64,000 nucleotides of DNA, from assembly GCA_043228905.1 (NCBI GenBank), contig JBHGNT010000009.1, positions 3,100,001 through 3,164,000 on the forward strand, read 5' to 3'. The notes below the pieces were generated by a model. That model ran no database searches. It saw only the letters and a list, made by a program, of their open reading frames with translations, and had not been told where the DNA came from. Positions 1 through 13,719 of this stretch are shown one piece after another. The DNA is from Azolla caroliniana (taxonomy: Eukaryota; Plantae; Polypodiophyta). The stretch's first letter is position 1. Each line of letters starts with the position of its first letter. A program made the translations under genes and the position numbers.

Positions 1-63
1 CATCACGCCTTTTATTGAGATGGGCGAGTGATCATAAATGATCGCACTACTAATTGACGGCGT

Positions 64-3000
64 GTGGCCCATGTGACAGAAAACACACTTAGGATGACCT
101 TATGGTATTGTAACGGCGCACTCTGGACACACCCCGGCCACCTAGAGGAGATATTAAAGGAATCAGATATAGTTTGCCTAGTAGAAACACACCAAAGCCC
201 AAATAGGGGACTCCCACAAGTTGAAGGATTTCGTTGGGAGTCGGATTTTAGACAAACCTCACGTCGATGCACTACCAGGGGATCTAGAGGTGTCGCAATA
301 TTGTTTCAGAGGGAGCTACATAATAGGATAGAAATACCGAGCACAGACCCAAAAGCTCGTTTTATGTGGGTGAAAGTCTCCACAAGCAAGGACAAGGCAG
401 TATTTTTCGCCATTTGTTACTTCCCCCCGAAAGGCTCTCGTTATAATCTGGTTGGCGAGGCGAGATTAGTTGATGAAGGAGTTCCACATGGGCCTTCCCC
501 ATATGAAACTCTATCGGATGACATAATTTGATATTCTTCCCAAGGAGAAGTATTCCTTGTAGGAGACTTTAATGTGAGAACCCAATCCCGACAATGCACA
601 ATATTTCAAATGAATAGAAACCTAGAAATGGTAAATGTTGATCCTTTAGACATAGACACCACACGTAGATCAAAGGATCAAGGTGCGGACGCCACGAGCT
701 TTGGCCATCATTTGCTCGAACTTGGCAGTCGGCACCAGATGGTCATATATAATGGTTTAGCCAAGTGGCCAGATTCGGAAGAGTTCACATGTTTCCCACA
801 TGGAGGAGGGGAAAGCACAATTGATTATCTAATAGGACGCCCTGAAGCTACCCACATGATTAACTCCTTCCGAGTGGCCCCATGTCCTATTGGCGCGGAC
901 CATAGTTTCTTATACTTTGAGCTAAAATGCGATATCTCGAACGCACCAACTCTAGTCAACAATGCCATGACATCACAATACATTTCACACATGAACTCTC
1001 TGACATATATGCTCGACATGTTCAAGCCCATCTCTCCTCCCTTGATCCCTCCCTACCTTTAGAGAGCCTTAGTACGAAACTCACACACATCCTTCACTCT
1101 GCAGTAGTTAGCAGTTTCCCATACACAAAACACTCCAATCAAGGTAAAGTAGGATCTATGCCACAAAATAGATGGTATGATGAGGATTGTAGGTCCTTAC
1201 ATAGAAAACTTACAATATCGCAACTCAATGGTAGTATTACCTCAGTACAAGCTCGTAAAGAAATGTGCAAGATGACACGTCGTAAGAGACGAGCATGGGA
1301 GGCATCCCAATATTGGGAACTCTACCATATGCTCATGAATAGCGATTGTGCCACTACATGGAAGAGATTACAGGAACCAAGACCACAAACACCCATCGAA
1401 GATCCCGAAACTTGGCACACTTATACAGAGAGACTTTACCAAATCCCAAACCAACCACCCATTCCAATGCCTTCTACACCTCGACCTACTGTGGGGACAC
1501 TCTTCACGACCTCTAGGGTCACGAAGGTCATAAAGAAATTACAACATAGGAAGTGCTAGACCACACAGGATTGCAAGTAGAACACATCATATATGCGAGA
1601 GAGTGCCTAGCTCCCTTGCTAACTCTAATCTTCAATCACGCCCTCGTAGAGGGTTTTCCACCACAATGGACCATGAACACAGTGGCCCCCATACATAAAA
1701 GGGGGGACCCCATGGACCCAAATACTTATAGGACCATTATGATAGGTCATACCCTTGCTAAATTATATGGTGCAGTAATGGAGGCAGAGCTTAGCGATTA
1801 TATGGAGACCTTAAATCTTCGTGCACCTGAACAGGCTGGCTTTAGACAAGCCTTCTCCACTATTAATCATATCTTCACACTTAGATGCTTAATTGACCAG
1901 ACTAAGGCTCGCAAGAAGAAACTATATTGTTGTTTTGTGGACTTCTGCAAAGCCTTTGACACGGTCCCTAGAGAGCGGTTGTTTGATAGTCTTAAGAGCT
2001 TGAGGATACCAGATGACATGGTTTGGGCCATCTACGCACTATATGAACAAGTGTCCGGGTGTGTTCGATGCCCAGGTGGCATATCTAATAGTTTCACTAG
2101 CACTATTGGTGTAAAACAAGGTTGCCCCTTATCTTCGACTCTTTTTGGGATCTACATTGATGAGATCACAGATTTTATTGCTCATAAGGGAGGCAATGGA
2201 GTAGTCCTTGGGGATATGCAGGTGCGTATCTTGCTCTATGCAGACGACATAGTTTTGCTCTTTCAATCCGAACATGACCTACAAAGGCACCTTAATGCCT
2301 TAGATGAATTTTGCACACAACGAGGATTGGTAGTGAATCTAGGGAAAACTAAAGTCTTTATCTTCCACACGTCGGCCCAAGTTAGAGCTAAGTGTCACCT
2401 AACTATCTCCCATAGCCCAGTTGAGGTGGTTGGATCATATGTCTATCTCGGAGTCACTTTCAGTGCCCGCTCATGTAAATTTTCGATGACACAACCAGCG
2501 AAGGATAGACTTACAAGAGGACATGCATCCCTCTCACTCCTCGAGAGACAATGCCCCCAAGCATACTTCCAAGAGCCACGAACTAAAGGGTGGTTCTTTG
2601 ACTCATTAGTGACTTCCTCTCTCATGTATGCATCAATGGTTTGGGCTCTAGGACTACCATCTTTCATGTGGACGCAATTAGAGAGACCATTGGTGATGTT
2701 ATCACAACAACTCCGAAGCAAATCATCGGTCCCACATGACATTATTAGGGCTGAGTTCACTCTACCCCCTATGTTAGTAGAAGCACTTTTTCAACTTGTA
2801 GTCTTTATCCAAAGGATACATAACCAACCACTTGATAGAATATCCCATCAAGCCTTTAAGGCTTCTTGAGCACTGTATGAGTCCGACTATACTAGATCAT
2901 GGTATGGCATGATGGTGAGTTGGCTTCTTGCCAACGGTCTAGAAATTAATAACCTCCCCCCCCTTAAGTACGACCACACGACTAATAACACTTTAATCTC

Positions 3001-3957
3001 TCATGAGGACCGTAATAAAGTAATACGCCAAGAAATATGGAAAATTTATACTCGATATAAATGGATCACCCCACTAGAGCCACTCCCATCTAAAATGTCG
3101 TACTATAAGGAACACTTTATGCACTTCTCTAAGTTAGGTTTTATCATGCGACCAAGATATCTAGATGTATTCTTACCACATGCGCTAAGGGTTGCCATTG
3201 GTCAACTTAGAATATCATCTCACCAACTTGAGATTGAGAATGGACGTACTAATGGAGTCCCTAGGGAGGAAAGGATATGTAGGTTATGCCACATAGAGAT
3301 AGAGGATGAATACCACCTATGCCGAGATACGGGCAAAATACCAAGACATACTTGGTTCCTCTCCCACCCTCCCTAAACTATTAGATACACTAGATATAAA
3401 GAAATTAGATAGATACATCTTAGAATTGAAACAACACAGAGAGAATAAGTTACAAAACGTTGATAATAATGTTGCTAATGTTTACCAACATGTAACAAAT
3501 GAAGTTTTTCAGGAACAGGGGGAGACAATGAATGTCGACACACCTGCATCACTCGGGCTTTTCCTTGATGAAGCAGAAAATCAAAGAAGAACCAAACGCC
3601 ATTGGATGCCGGGTTTCAAAGCAACTCGATGAGATGTAGAAGCAATAAAGAAAATAAAGGAACGTGAACTACACCGCCTAGAAGCCATGGCTAGGGCACT
3701 CTATGCATCGGGACCATGGGTCACACCCACACCAAAAGCTTTTGACCTCCCACTTCTTTTTGAGAGACTTGGGTGGAAATGAGATTAGGCGTAGTGCAAA
3801 GTTTTGTACACTACTAGAACTCTCTTAGCTTAAGCTATTTTCTTTTATTTTAGTTCTGATGATTGGATAAACACTCATTTTTGTTGTAAACCAATTGTCT
3901 CATGGGCCAAATTTGGCCTTAGAAGACGTTAATATATATCTTTCTTTCTTTCTTTCT
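64..3957 (+). mobile_element. Non-LTR retrotransposon (APE-RT LINE, RTEX/L2-like), degenerate ORF2 with (TTTC)n 3' tail
   Basis: APE motifs (CLVETH, GxRGVAIL, GDFN, STIDY, ADHS) in 64-1062; RT motifs (EQAGFR, DFxKAFD, GVKQGCPLS, YADD) in 1553-2869; C-terminal LRISSHQLEIENGR..RICRLC..EDEYH; ends in TTTC microsatellite. Several stops/frameshifts. Confidence 0.9.
1553..2869 (+). pseudogene. LINE reverse transcriptase domain (fragment of broken ORF2)
   Basis: 438-aa ORF with LLYADDIVLL and GVKQGCPLS; preceded by a frameshift and followed by an in-frame stop. Confidence 0.9.
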
Positions 3958-4060
3958 GTGTCAGTATCTGTGTTACATCGTTCTCGTGGCCTTAGAAGAC
4001 GTTAATATATATCTTTCTTTCTTTCTTTCTTTCTGTGTCAGTATCTGTGTTACATCGTTC
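3914..4060 (+). repeat. Tandem duplication (~70 bp x2) of LINE 3' end, TTTC tail and following sequence
   Basis: TGGCCTTAGAAGACGTTAATATATATC(TTTC)nTGTGTCAGTATCTGTGTTACATCGTTC at 3914-3983 and 3987-4060. Confidence 0.9.
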
Positions 4061-4833
4061 CGTTGAGAGAAAGTTTATCTTGCATTCTCCCTCTCTAAGT
4101 ATTTGTCTATGTTTACTTCCTGAAGGGAAAAGCTTTACGTCATATCCAAGTCTATCTATCCCTTACTATCTCTCTCTACATCTTTGTGTCTGCGTATGTG
4201 TAAGCTCTGTGTGTGTGGGTGTGGAGAGATAGAGAGCTCAAGTTTTGGCGCCATTGAGTCGAAGGAAGAGAAGAAGAAGAATCATCCACCATGATGTAAT
4301 AGACACCTTCTGCCTATAAGAGACCTAGACTTCTCCTCCCATTCTCTGTGGAGATAACGTGGAGGAAAGTGTAGAAGAAATGTCAGTGATAGAAAACTAT
4401 GGTTGCCACCACCAACAGATCCACAAGGTCTTCCTTGTGCACCTGCGTTCCTCTCCTATCATCATCATCACCAACAAAACAAACAACCATCATCGTCTTC
4501 TTCCTCTGCAGATCATCAACACCATCACCATCACTGTGACGGTGATGCCCTGACTGCTAAATCAGTGTAGATAAAGAAGAAACAGCAACAGTAGAAATCT
4601 CGGAAGGTGCAGCCTGCATAGAAACCCCGGACTACTATGAGAAATCTCTGAACAAGGGCCGTGGTGGTGGAGGAGGTGCGTGCGTGCTCATCAATGTCAA
4701 TGCCATATTCATCCCTACCCTCCTCCTCGATCTCTTCTTCCCAAACCCCCATTCTCTCACCCCTAACAAATCTCATGCTCTTCTTGTTGATCATGATCAC
4801 GATGATCATGTTTCCACGATTTCAAGATCCAAC

Positions 4834-5241
4834 CCTCTCATCAAGCTCATTGGCATTCAGACTAGCCTTCCGCTTCCCTCGTTATGGGAGATAGTTGCTC
4901 AGATTACAATCTACTTTCTGTTGGAGGATTATGGTAACTATTGGATTCATAGATGGCTTCATTCTAAATGGGGATACAATAACATCCACTACATGCATCA
5001 TGAGTATACTGCACCCATCAGCCTTGCTGCTCCTTACACACACTGGGCGGAGATTTTGCTGTTAGGGTTGCCTTCCTTTGTTTGTCCTGCTTTGGTTCCT
5101 GGTCACATGGTCACTCTGTGGTTACGGATCTCCCTTCGGCAGCTTGAAGCCATTGATACACACAGAGGCTATGAATTTTCGTGGTCACCAACAAAATTTA
5201 TTCCATTTTATGGAGGATCTGAATACCATGACTACCATCAT
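4834..5241 (+). pseudogene. SMO1: Intronless internal fragment of sterol C4-methyl oxidase (methylsterol monooxygenase 1-like)
   Basis: YFLLEDYGNYWIHRWLH..IHYMHHEYTAP..HWAEILLLG..LRQLEAIDTH..FIPFYGGSEYHDYHH: the three His boxes of the sterol desaturase family and close resemblance to plant SMO1; N- and C-termini missing. Confidence 0.85.
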
Positions 5242-5860
5242 AGATCATTAAAAGACCAGGTACCAGACCAGATGATAAATTGGATGCTGTCGCAATAGCC
5301 GTCACCGCCATTGTTGCCATCGCCACCGCCACCATCATCGCTACTGCCAAAATCGAAATGATGGATGTCCACTGACTAGTTCAAAACTCCAAGAGTAACA
5401 AGAAGCCAAGCAAGAGCTGAGATGAAGAAAAGGAAAGAAGACAGAAAGGAATAAGAAGAAGAAGAAGACGAAAGTAGACAAAAAGAAAGGAAAAGAAGTA
5501 GAAATTAGAAAGCATGGAGGATGAAAGGAAGAAGACAAGAAGATGAAAGCAGATGGTAACAACTACCTCACCACCACCACCACACAGGAATCGCCAGACA
5601 GACAGAGAATAAAGGAAGAAAGAAAGAAAAGCAGAGAAGCAGAGACTTAAAAGAAAGAAGGGCATCAGATGAAATTTCAATAACTCAAGGGTATGAAGAG
5701 AATATTTCAAAAACATAAGGGCAGAGAAGATGTTATTTCGAAAATTCAAGGGCCAAAAAAAAAATTTCAAAAAAAAAACTTGAGGGTAAAATTTTTTAGA
5801 GACCAAGGGTACAAAACACAAAGCTCAATTCACATGACGAAACCGAAAAATACACATACA

Positions 5861-6435
5861 TGTAACAGAATCATGAAAGGCCCATGCCGCAATGGAGGAG
5901 CCAATTGGTGTGTGATCCAATTGAGCGACATGATGACCGAACGAGAAGGTTCGAGTCAAGCAATGCTCCGATCGAAGTTATCGATCGTAGAGTTATGATC
6001 CGGTTGATGGATTTCCGACTGTTGAGACAACCGATGGAGTTTCGGTCATTAACAGTTGCCATGGCGACTGGGTTCACCGTGCGATGCACTGTCCCACGAG
6101 CGTGCCATGTGTTACCCGTAGAAGTTGTACGGGGCGGTATAAGGGTAAAACACGTTAAAGGGGTTGTTCGGTATGTGTAATGTATATGAGTGTGAGGATG
6201 AGTATGTGTGTGCACATGCACAATTATGTGCATGTGACAAGAGTGTAACGGTCGTCTCTTTTGTAACGGTCATTATTTACTGTTACATTATGTATTATAT
6301 AAACCCCTTATGGGGCAAGTAATGGATATACATTTTTCCCCTCTCACATTGTTGTGTCATTTCTTGTTTTCACTCTCCTTCTCTCTCTCTCTATTGTAAC
6401 CTCCTTGGGAGGGGGGTGAAACCACCCCAACAACA
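5861..6435 (+). mobile_element. Probable solo LTR
   Basis: TGTAA..CAACA ends, TATAAA near 6298, CT tract, CCTTGGGAGGGGG motif shared with solo LTR 42319-42783; no clean TSD. Confidence 0.4.
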
Positions 6436-7004
6436 CCAAACAGATACAAATCGGACGGATCGATAGGGTCGGTGTTTTAAAGATATTTGGTCCAAAAGAT
6501 ATTTGGTCCAAAAGCCTAATACTATTTTGTGCTTTAAAAAGGATGTAAGGAACACTTGAACCATGCACCTCCAAGATAAGAGGTAATAGACTTCTCACTA
6601 GGCTATGTCATTTCCTTAGAAATGTTTTTCTTATCATTATAGATTTTATATAAATTCTTATATTAGAGCTTGATTGAGTGACATGTGATGCATAAGCGCC
6701 AAATGGCAAACGTGCATCACATGCATTGTATGCATATCTTGTACCCTCACATGCATCATATGCATGGGAGCATCTATAAAAGGATGGATGAAAAAAATAT
6801 CAAAAGGGTGCTATGTATTATTCAAAGAATTTAAGAAGAAGAAAATTCGTTCTTCAATTCATGGTGTATCTTATTCTTAAATCTAAAGTCAAGGGTCCAA
6901 TCTCAATCTCTCACTATCTCTCTCACGCCATATCAATCGCTCTCGACCCAAAGTCAAGCATTTAAATCTCTCTCTTTTAATCTATCTTAATTCCTTTCTC
7001 GCTA

Positions 7005-7091
7005 AAGCTAGTGCAAACTTCGAGTCCTTCCGGTCCAGAACCCCAGCGGTTCCGCCTCGTGATCCGCACATAGTGACGAATCTTCACGACA
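7005..7091 (-). mobile_element. Truncated LTR end of the Trp-primed Gypsy family
   Basis: Ends in family terminus TCTTCACGACA (TGTCGTGAAGA on minus), followed by ACGT; left boundary approximate. Confidence 0.55.
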
Positions 7092-7145
7092 ACGTGTAGA
7101 AACAAGGACTATTCCGAACACGTATAGGAAGCCGCCGAGGACAAG

Positions 7146-7196
<51 letters not shown>

Positions 7197-8494
7197 AGCG
7201 CGCAACACCGACTCAGACCACGCCTCGTATGTATAGAGAACAAAGTAAGGGAAACACACGCTACACCGGCAGAAATTCAAACTCTCGCATCCTTATATAT
7301 ATGTATAGATATGTATATTTACAAAGATAGATACAAACCCTGCTTTGAGCTGGGCTACGCTCAGAACAGACACGAGGTCTCAACACGCACCAACGTCGAA
7401 GAAGGAGAAGAAGAAGAACACAAACCCTAATAGAGCTTTGCCACCATGGCTGCGGCGTCCCAACTTCTCAAGAAGGAGAAGAAGAAGAACACAAACCCTA
7501 AAGAAAATTACTAACCCTAGACAAATTCTTAAGGAAATAACCCTAGACCAAAATGGTATACCCTTATGACTCAAAATGGGCAACCCCTTCACAAGAGAGC
7601 CCTCCCTTCCTTTTATAGCCCAAGGAGGGAGGGACGTTACAATGTGGGATAAATACTCCCCCTTATTCTATACACCGTTTTCCTACTATACATTTGCACA
7701 TGTTGCACACCACCAACTTGCCCATTCCACCCCGGTTTCACACTATAGCCGGAAATCTTCATGATATCGAACGCCCACCAAACCGCATATCCATCGATAT
7801 GTGCCAAGAAAGGGAAAGGGTTAGAGATTTCGGCGACGGTGATCAACCGGGTCCTCCGCCTTACCGGCACCCGATTGTCTCGCCGACTCCTTACCAGCCC
7901 TGATCCGTCTTGCCAGTTCCTTGCCGGCCCCCTATATCCGGCATTCGCGCCTTCTTCCCCGATCAGTCCTCCCGAACACCGTTGTCGATCTGGTCACTCC
8001 TTCTTTGTTTGCCGCGTAGGTTCTTCGATCGCACGCCGGATTCCGCCCCTTGCATACCGCGTGTGTTCCATCTCCGGTTCAATCGTCTCCTCATCTCGAA
8101 CACCTCGTCGTGCCGACTCCCTCCGTTCCATGCTTGCCTTCCGTAGGTGCTGCCTATGTGTTATCCTCGTCCTCCAAGTGCACGTTCGTTCTTCGGTTCT
8201 TAGGTGACCCCATTACGCGCTCCTTGTTCCTTCTATGGTCGTCGTGCCCTCTCGTTCCCCGCACCGTTGTGTGCCATTTTCCGCCTTCCTTGTTCGGCAC
8301 CGCCTATGCCGAACGTTGTCCCGTACTCGTGCTTGCTTCGGCCCTCAATGGCCACTCGCATGTCTCTTGTTCCGCTCTGTGTTTACCCCTCACCGGCTTC
8401 CTTCCGAAACTGTAACAAGGTAGTAAGGGTTCGGCCCTCATCAACTCCGGTCTTGCCGGCTCCCGGTCCGCTCTTCCTGCATCGACGATTCCCG

Positions 8495-9530
8495 TTTGCT
8501 GACGCCACCATCCTTCTCACTTGGTCTCACGTTGCCACGTCGGCTTGAACTGTCGGTGTCTCCGGATTGGTGTGAGGATCCCATAGGACCGGTTTTTCTT
8601 TCTCTTCTCCCGCCTTCCGCATTGTCTTCCGACCGGGTCAATTCCCGACTCTCCCCTTTGTTTCCTTGCCAGAAGGCCCAGTTTCGGTTAGTGGCCGCCT
8701 CACCGGCCCGATACGGCCATGCCCGCTTGTTCTCTCTTCCCGTCGTCCGATCACATTCTCCTGCCGCCACCATCCTTCTCTCTAGGTCTCACGCCAGCTC
8801 ACGTTGCCGACTTCTGGAGTCTCCCGATCGGTGTGAGTGTCTTCATGGGACCTCCCCTTTGCCGTCTTTTGTTGCCCGCCTGGCCGCCGCCACTGTTCGT
8901 TACTCTTGGTCTCACGCCGGCTCTCGGGTCGACCGCCGGAGTCTCTAGAACCGGTGCGTGTAAGGTCACGGCAACACCGCTTGCCGTTTTCCTCTTGCCG
9001 TAGTCCTGACCTTTGCGTTGGCCTCTTCTGTTGGGCACGCTCACTTGCCGCCACCGTCCTTTCCTATAGGACTCACACCGGCTCTTGGGTTGACCGCCGA
9101 TCTGGTGTGAGGATCTCCGTAGACCGACCATCCGTAGTCCTTTTCCTTCGTCCCCTTGCCACCACCATTCGTCACTCTAGGTCTCACGTCGGCTCTCGGG
9201 CCGACCGCCGGGGTCTCTAGAACCAGTGTGAAGGATCCTCCTCGGGCTCGTCGTATCTTTGACCCTTATCTCAGGTCTTCCTTCTCCGCATGTCAAGAGG
9301 GTGGCTTGCTCCACACCCTCTCCTGTGGTACCGATGTACCGTGTTCCGGCCTACATCATAGGCCTGCTTCTTCCTCCCTTCCGGATCGATTATGCGGAAG
9401 CCCACTTCGCCCGGTTCTCGTCTGGGTCCGTCCATCACTGCGCATTGCCAGGTCCCGTTCTCCTGCCGCCACCGTTAGTATCTTGGTCTTACGTCAGATC
9501 TGATGCCAACCGCTAGAATCTCTAGCCCAG
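8495..9530. repeat. Degenerate internal repeat array of element E (continues 16491-16640)
   Basis: About 7 units GCCRCCAC..GGTCTCACRYCGG..CCGGTGTGAGG near 8500, 8764, 8886, 9048, 9158, 9464, 16561. Confidence 0.7.
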
Positions 9531-10231
9531 TGTCGCGCTGTTACGCGCGTGCATGTAAAGGGTGGGACCACAGGGGTCTTGGACCGAGGAGTAGCTGAGA
9601 AATAGGAGAACGGAAAGGCAGCGGACGCACTTGCACATACACAGACGCGGGAGCACACAGGGATCACAGTCCGACAACACAACAATGAGACGACTACAGG
9701 CCGGCAAGGCGAACACCGACGCTTGTTCACTCACATGCAGAAGAGGGAGATGGAGACTCTGCTGGAAGCACACGGGCGTTCCACGGAGCAGAGTCAGCCT
9801 CCCAAAACCTTGCGCCAGCAAATACAAAGAAAGAAGGAGGAGAAGAGCTTGGTCCCAGTCCGACAGCACTTCGTCCTCGACAAAAAGCGATCCCCTCTTT
9901 TTTTTCATTCCTCTCCCTCTCTTTTATAGCCCAAGGAGGGAGGTCGTTATCATTCGTTACATCATATTAATTCTTTGTCCTTTTGGACAGAGATACACCT
10001 CGATTCTCTCCTTATTGAATGCGTGCTACCTAGGATTTCACCTCAATCGACTTGTACCTAGCTACTTACTATACAACGAAAAGTGTGCTTACGTGTAAGG
10101 GCCGGTTTACACATGCTAAACTCGGTTTCTGCCTAGGGACGGTTTTCTTCACGACATCCGCCCCCACCTAACCGCGCATCCACCGGTATGCGCCAAAATT
10201 AGGCTCTTGCCGGAGAAAACTGGTCCATGCT

Positions 10232-13200
10232 CTACTCGTCCTCCGGGTCGTCATCTGCCTCGGACTGCCCGTCGTCGCCATCCACGCTTTCCAGATCCGG
10301 TTCGCAGTCGTGTTGTTTCTTAAATGCTTTGACCCTCTTCCCCGCTACCGGTATCGCCATCCTCGTACCGTTGAGCTCCTCAAGATGGTAGGTCCCGTTG
10401 TCGTTGGCGCCTGTCACCGCGTAAGGCCCGAACCACCTCCTTGCAAACTTCTGCGTCACCCTGTGCTGGTTGTCAAGGCTGCTATCATACACCAGGACCC
10501 AGTCGCCTTCCTCGATTTTCTTCGGTCGCAGTCGGTGAGTCCAGTCCAATTGCTCTTTGTTCTTCAACCTTGCTAACCGAAGCTTCTCCGCGGCTCTTTC
10601 CACGTCCTCCGACCTTCGCTCGAGCTGTCGAATCCGTGCCGCTAACAGCTCCTCCCGGCTCATCTCATCTCTCCAGTCCACCATGGCCCATGAGGAGATG
10701 GTTCGCTCTGTTGGCATGATCGGCCTCTATCCGTACATAAGCTCTGCCGGCATGAATCCGGTTACTGAACTGTGCGTAGTTCGGTCCGCCTACAAAGCAT
10801 AAGGTAGCAGTCGCCGCCAGTTCCCGACTCAGCCTTCACACGCCCGTACTAGCGCTTTGATGATCGGCCCGTGTCCACGCTCCACCTTCCCGTTAGCCTC
10901 CGGAATGTACGCTGTGGTGAGCGAGAGTTTAACCCCTAGACGGTCAAACAACTCTTCAGCCTCTTGCGCGTCCAACTCTCCGCGGTCAGCCACGATCCTC
11001 CCGACGCACCCGTACCGACACACTACCTCTTCGATCAGGAACCGGCATACCGCCGCGGTTGTCTTGTTCTGCAGTGCACGACCTTCCACCTGGTTCGTTA
11101 AGTCTTCCCGCGCAAGCACCAGATACCGCATTTGTCCCACCCCCATCGGCATCGTCACCAAATCCACCATCCATTTGAAGTGGAGGGTCAGAGGGTAGGT
11201 CAGGTGAAGCTCGTCCCGGTGTCGGACTACAGAGTGCATCTGACAGCTTTCGCAAGTCGTCACGAACCGAGGCACGTCCTGGTACAGTCCCGGCCACCAG
11301 AACTTCCCCTTTAGCTTCTCAAACGTGGCCCATGTTCCGCAGTGTCCGGCGCAGGGACTCTCGTGGTAAGCCTCCAACAACTCCTCTTGTTCCTCTTTCA
11401 TTGCCACTACTTGGAGCGGGATGCTATCCCTCTTCTTCGGGTGCTTCCATATGTACACGTCCCGAAGAAAGAATCGGTACGCTTTCTTCTGGATCCGGTT
11501 GGTCTCTTCCTTTGTCCACGCCGCATCCGGTGTCATTGTCTTCAGGAGCCCGCCGATCCGGAGCCACTCCTCGTCATACTTGCTCTCGTCGAATTCGTTA
11601 AGCGCCGGAGTGCTCCCCTTTCTGGTTGTCACGTATGCCGCCTCGAAGAAATCTACGCCGACTTCCTCGTCCTCCGAAACCATGTCGTCCTACTTGTCGA
11701 ACCTCGCCCTCGAGAGCATGTCGGCCGTGGCATTGGCTTTCCCGGAAATGTGTCGTATCTCCGGATTCAGGGACTTGATGTACGTTATCCACTTGAGCAT
11801 TGCCAGGTTCGGCGTCGTGCATCCGGAAACCATGCCGAGGATCGACAGGCAGTCCGTCTCGATTATTACCTCTGTCCTGATCAGGTAGTCTTTATCGGCC
11901 TTCACCGCCGAAACGATACCCCAGAGTTCGTGTTTAACCTGGGCGTATCCTCGCTGTCGCTCACTGAGGACCTTCGCGTCGAACCGGATGGGGAACCTCG
12001 TGCCAACGTCATCCTCTTGGTTGATCACCCATCTGATCCCGGTCAGACTCGTGTCTACGGTTACGTAAATCGGAGTGTCTTTGCCGTAGACAGCCTTTCG
12101 GAGCGCTGGTGCCGTGGCATGTGCTTCCTTCATCTTTCGGACTGACTCCGTATGCTCGTCTCCCCACTTGAATTTACGCGCTTTCTTCAGCAACCCATAC
12201 AGCGGCTCCGCGACGTGGGCGTAATGTGGGATCCAGATATGGTAGAACGCGCATGCTCCCAAGAATCTCCGTACCTCCGTAACCGAATTGCAGTCTTGCT
12301 TCATCGTGGAGATGGCTTCCACCTTGGTCGGAGACGGTTTCCGACCGTATGGTCCGCATAGGTGCCCGACGACCATGATCTCTGATTGCCCGAAGGCCGA
12401 TTTTTCCCTGGAGAAGGTGAGCCTCGCACCATCTAGTCTCTGCAGCACCTTCTCGCAGTCATCGATGTGAGCCGCCACGAAATTCCGACATCTGTCCGGT
12501 CCGATCGTCTCGTCCTTTTCCTCCACCGGGCATCCCCTGATCAGAATGTCGTCTAAGAATGGCATGGTGATGTCCGGGATACAATCCCTGAGCACTTTGT
12601 TCATCGCGTTCACCATGTGAGCCACCGAGTTCGTCCCTACTTGTGGTAGGGTACACATCCGCACTAGGCCGAGAGGAGTCTGCATCGTCGTAATGTCTCT
12701 GCTCTCCACGGCTAGTTGGAACTGATCGTACCCTGAGTACAGATCACCAACAAAGTAAATCGACCTTCCGGCGAAGGCCTCCGTGAACTCGTCTATGGTC
12801 GGTCCGATTCCTGCATTCCGAATGGTCACCTTGTTGACCGATTGCAGGTCCTGAATGGAGCGCAACGTGCCGTTCTTCTTCGGCACTGTAAACCACCGAT
12901 TCGAATACGAGGCACTCGACGGTTCGAGGATGCCCATCTCCACCTTTTGCTTCAGAAGCTCCATCAACTTCGGGACATGAGCTCTCGGCACCGGAATCGG
13001 TTTGAGATTCCATGGTACATGCGGTACCGTGAAGATCACCATTGGTTCGACGATCGTCGGGTCCACGCACCCGATCTCCTCCGGCGAGAACGCGAAGGCT
13101 TTCCCATGCCTTCCGAGCATTCTCCGAAACCTATCCTCCTCGGCTGGCAGTAGAAAGCCACCCCCACTAACCTTGAGCCCCCGTAGCGTTATGTCGGTGA

Positions 13201-13717
13201 ACTGGTGCCCTATGCCAGCCGGATTCCGTAAACTTGGGTCCGACGCGACCCCTTTTATCTGCTCCTCGCTGCCCTCCGGCAAGGGTGCCGCGACTGGCCT
13301 CACCTTCCGGTCCACAGTCTTATACTTTGTATGCACGCGGGCCGTCCGATCCGACCCGATCCTTTCCCCGAAGTCCGCGATGACTTCGTACATTCCCATC
13401 GAACTAACCGGAACGGTTCAGTCTTCTCTAAGGTCTTCCCCGATCACCTTTCGTAACTCGCCAAAGGTGTCGTCAAAAGAGACCACCTCCACGGCGCCGC
13501 TGATCTCTTCGTTGGGGGAGAGGCCTCCGCATTCCCTGAGCTGCTCCTCCGCTCGCTTCCTTTCCCAGCCACTGACGCCGGTTATAGTACAACCCCCGCT
13601 GTCGGAGAACCAAAATTTCCTACCTATGGTATAGGTCTTCTTCCCTACTGTATATTTGTGGGGTTTTTCCGGGGTGTCCGGACTATCGCGGCCCCACACC
13701 TTGATAGCCCTCTCCAA
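10232..13717 (-). pseudogene. pol: pol (RT-RNase H-integrase) of element A, interrupted by stops
   Basis: ORFs 13418-13717, 11690-13399 (DLYSGYDQF, FLDD, VDTS, ADMLSR), 10829-11683 (HHCC, ADRGE, NGKVER), 10232-10717 (WFGPY). Confidence 0.9.
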
Positions 13718-13719
13718 AA

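Noticed and set aside
4684-5298. Complete functional SMO1 gene
   Set aside because: First 50 codons and the tail are unrelated to SMO1; no further exons seen.
7761-9516. Many overlapping ORFs on both strands
   Set aside because: GC-rich repetitive interior of element E; stop-poor by composition.
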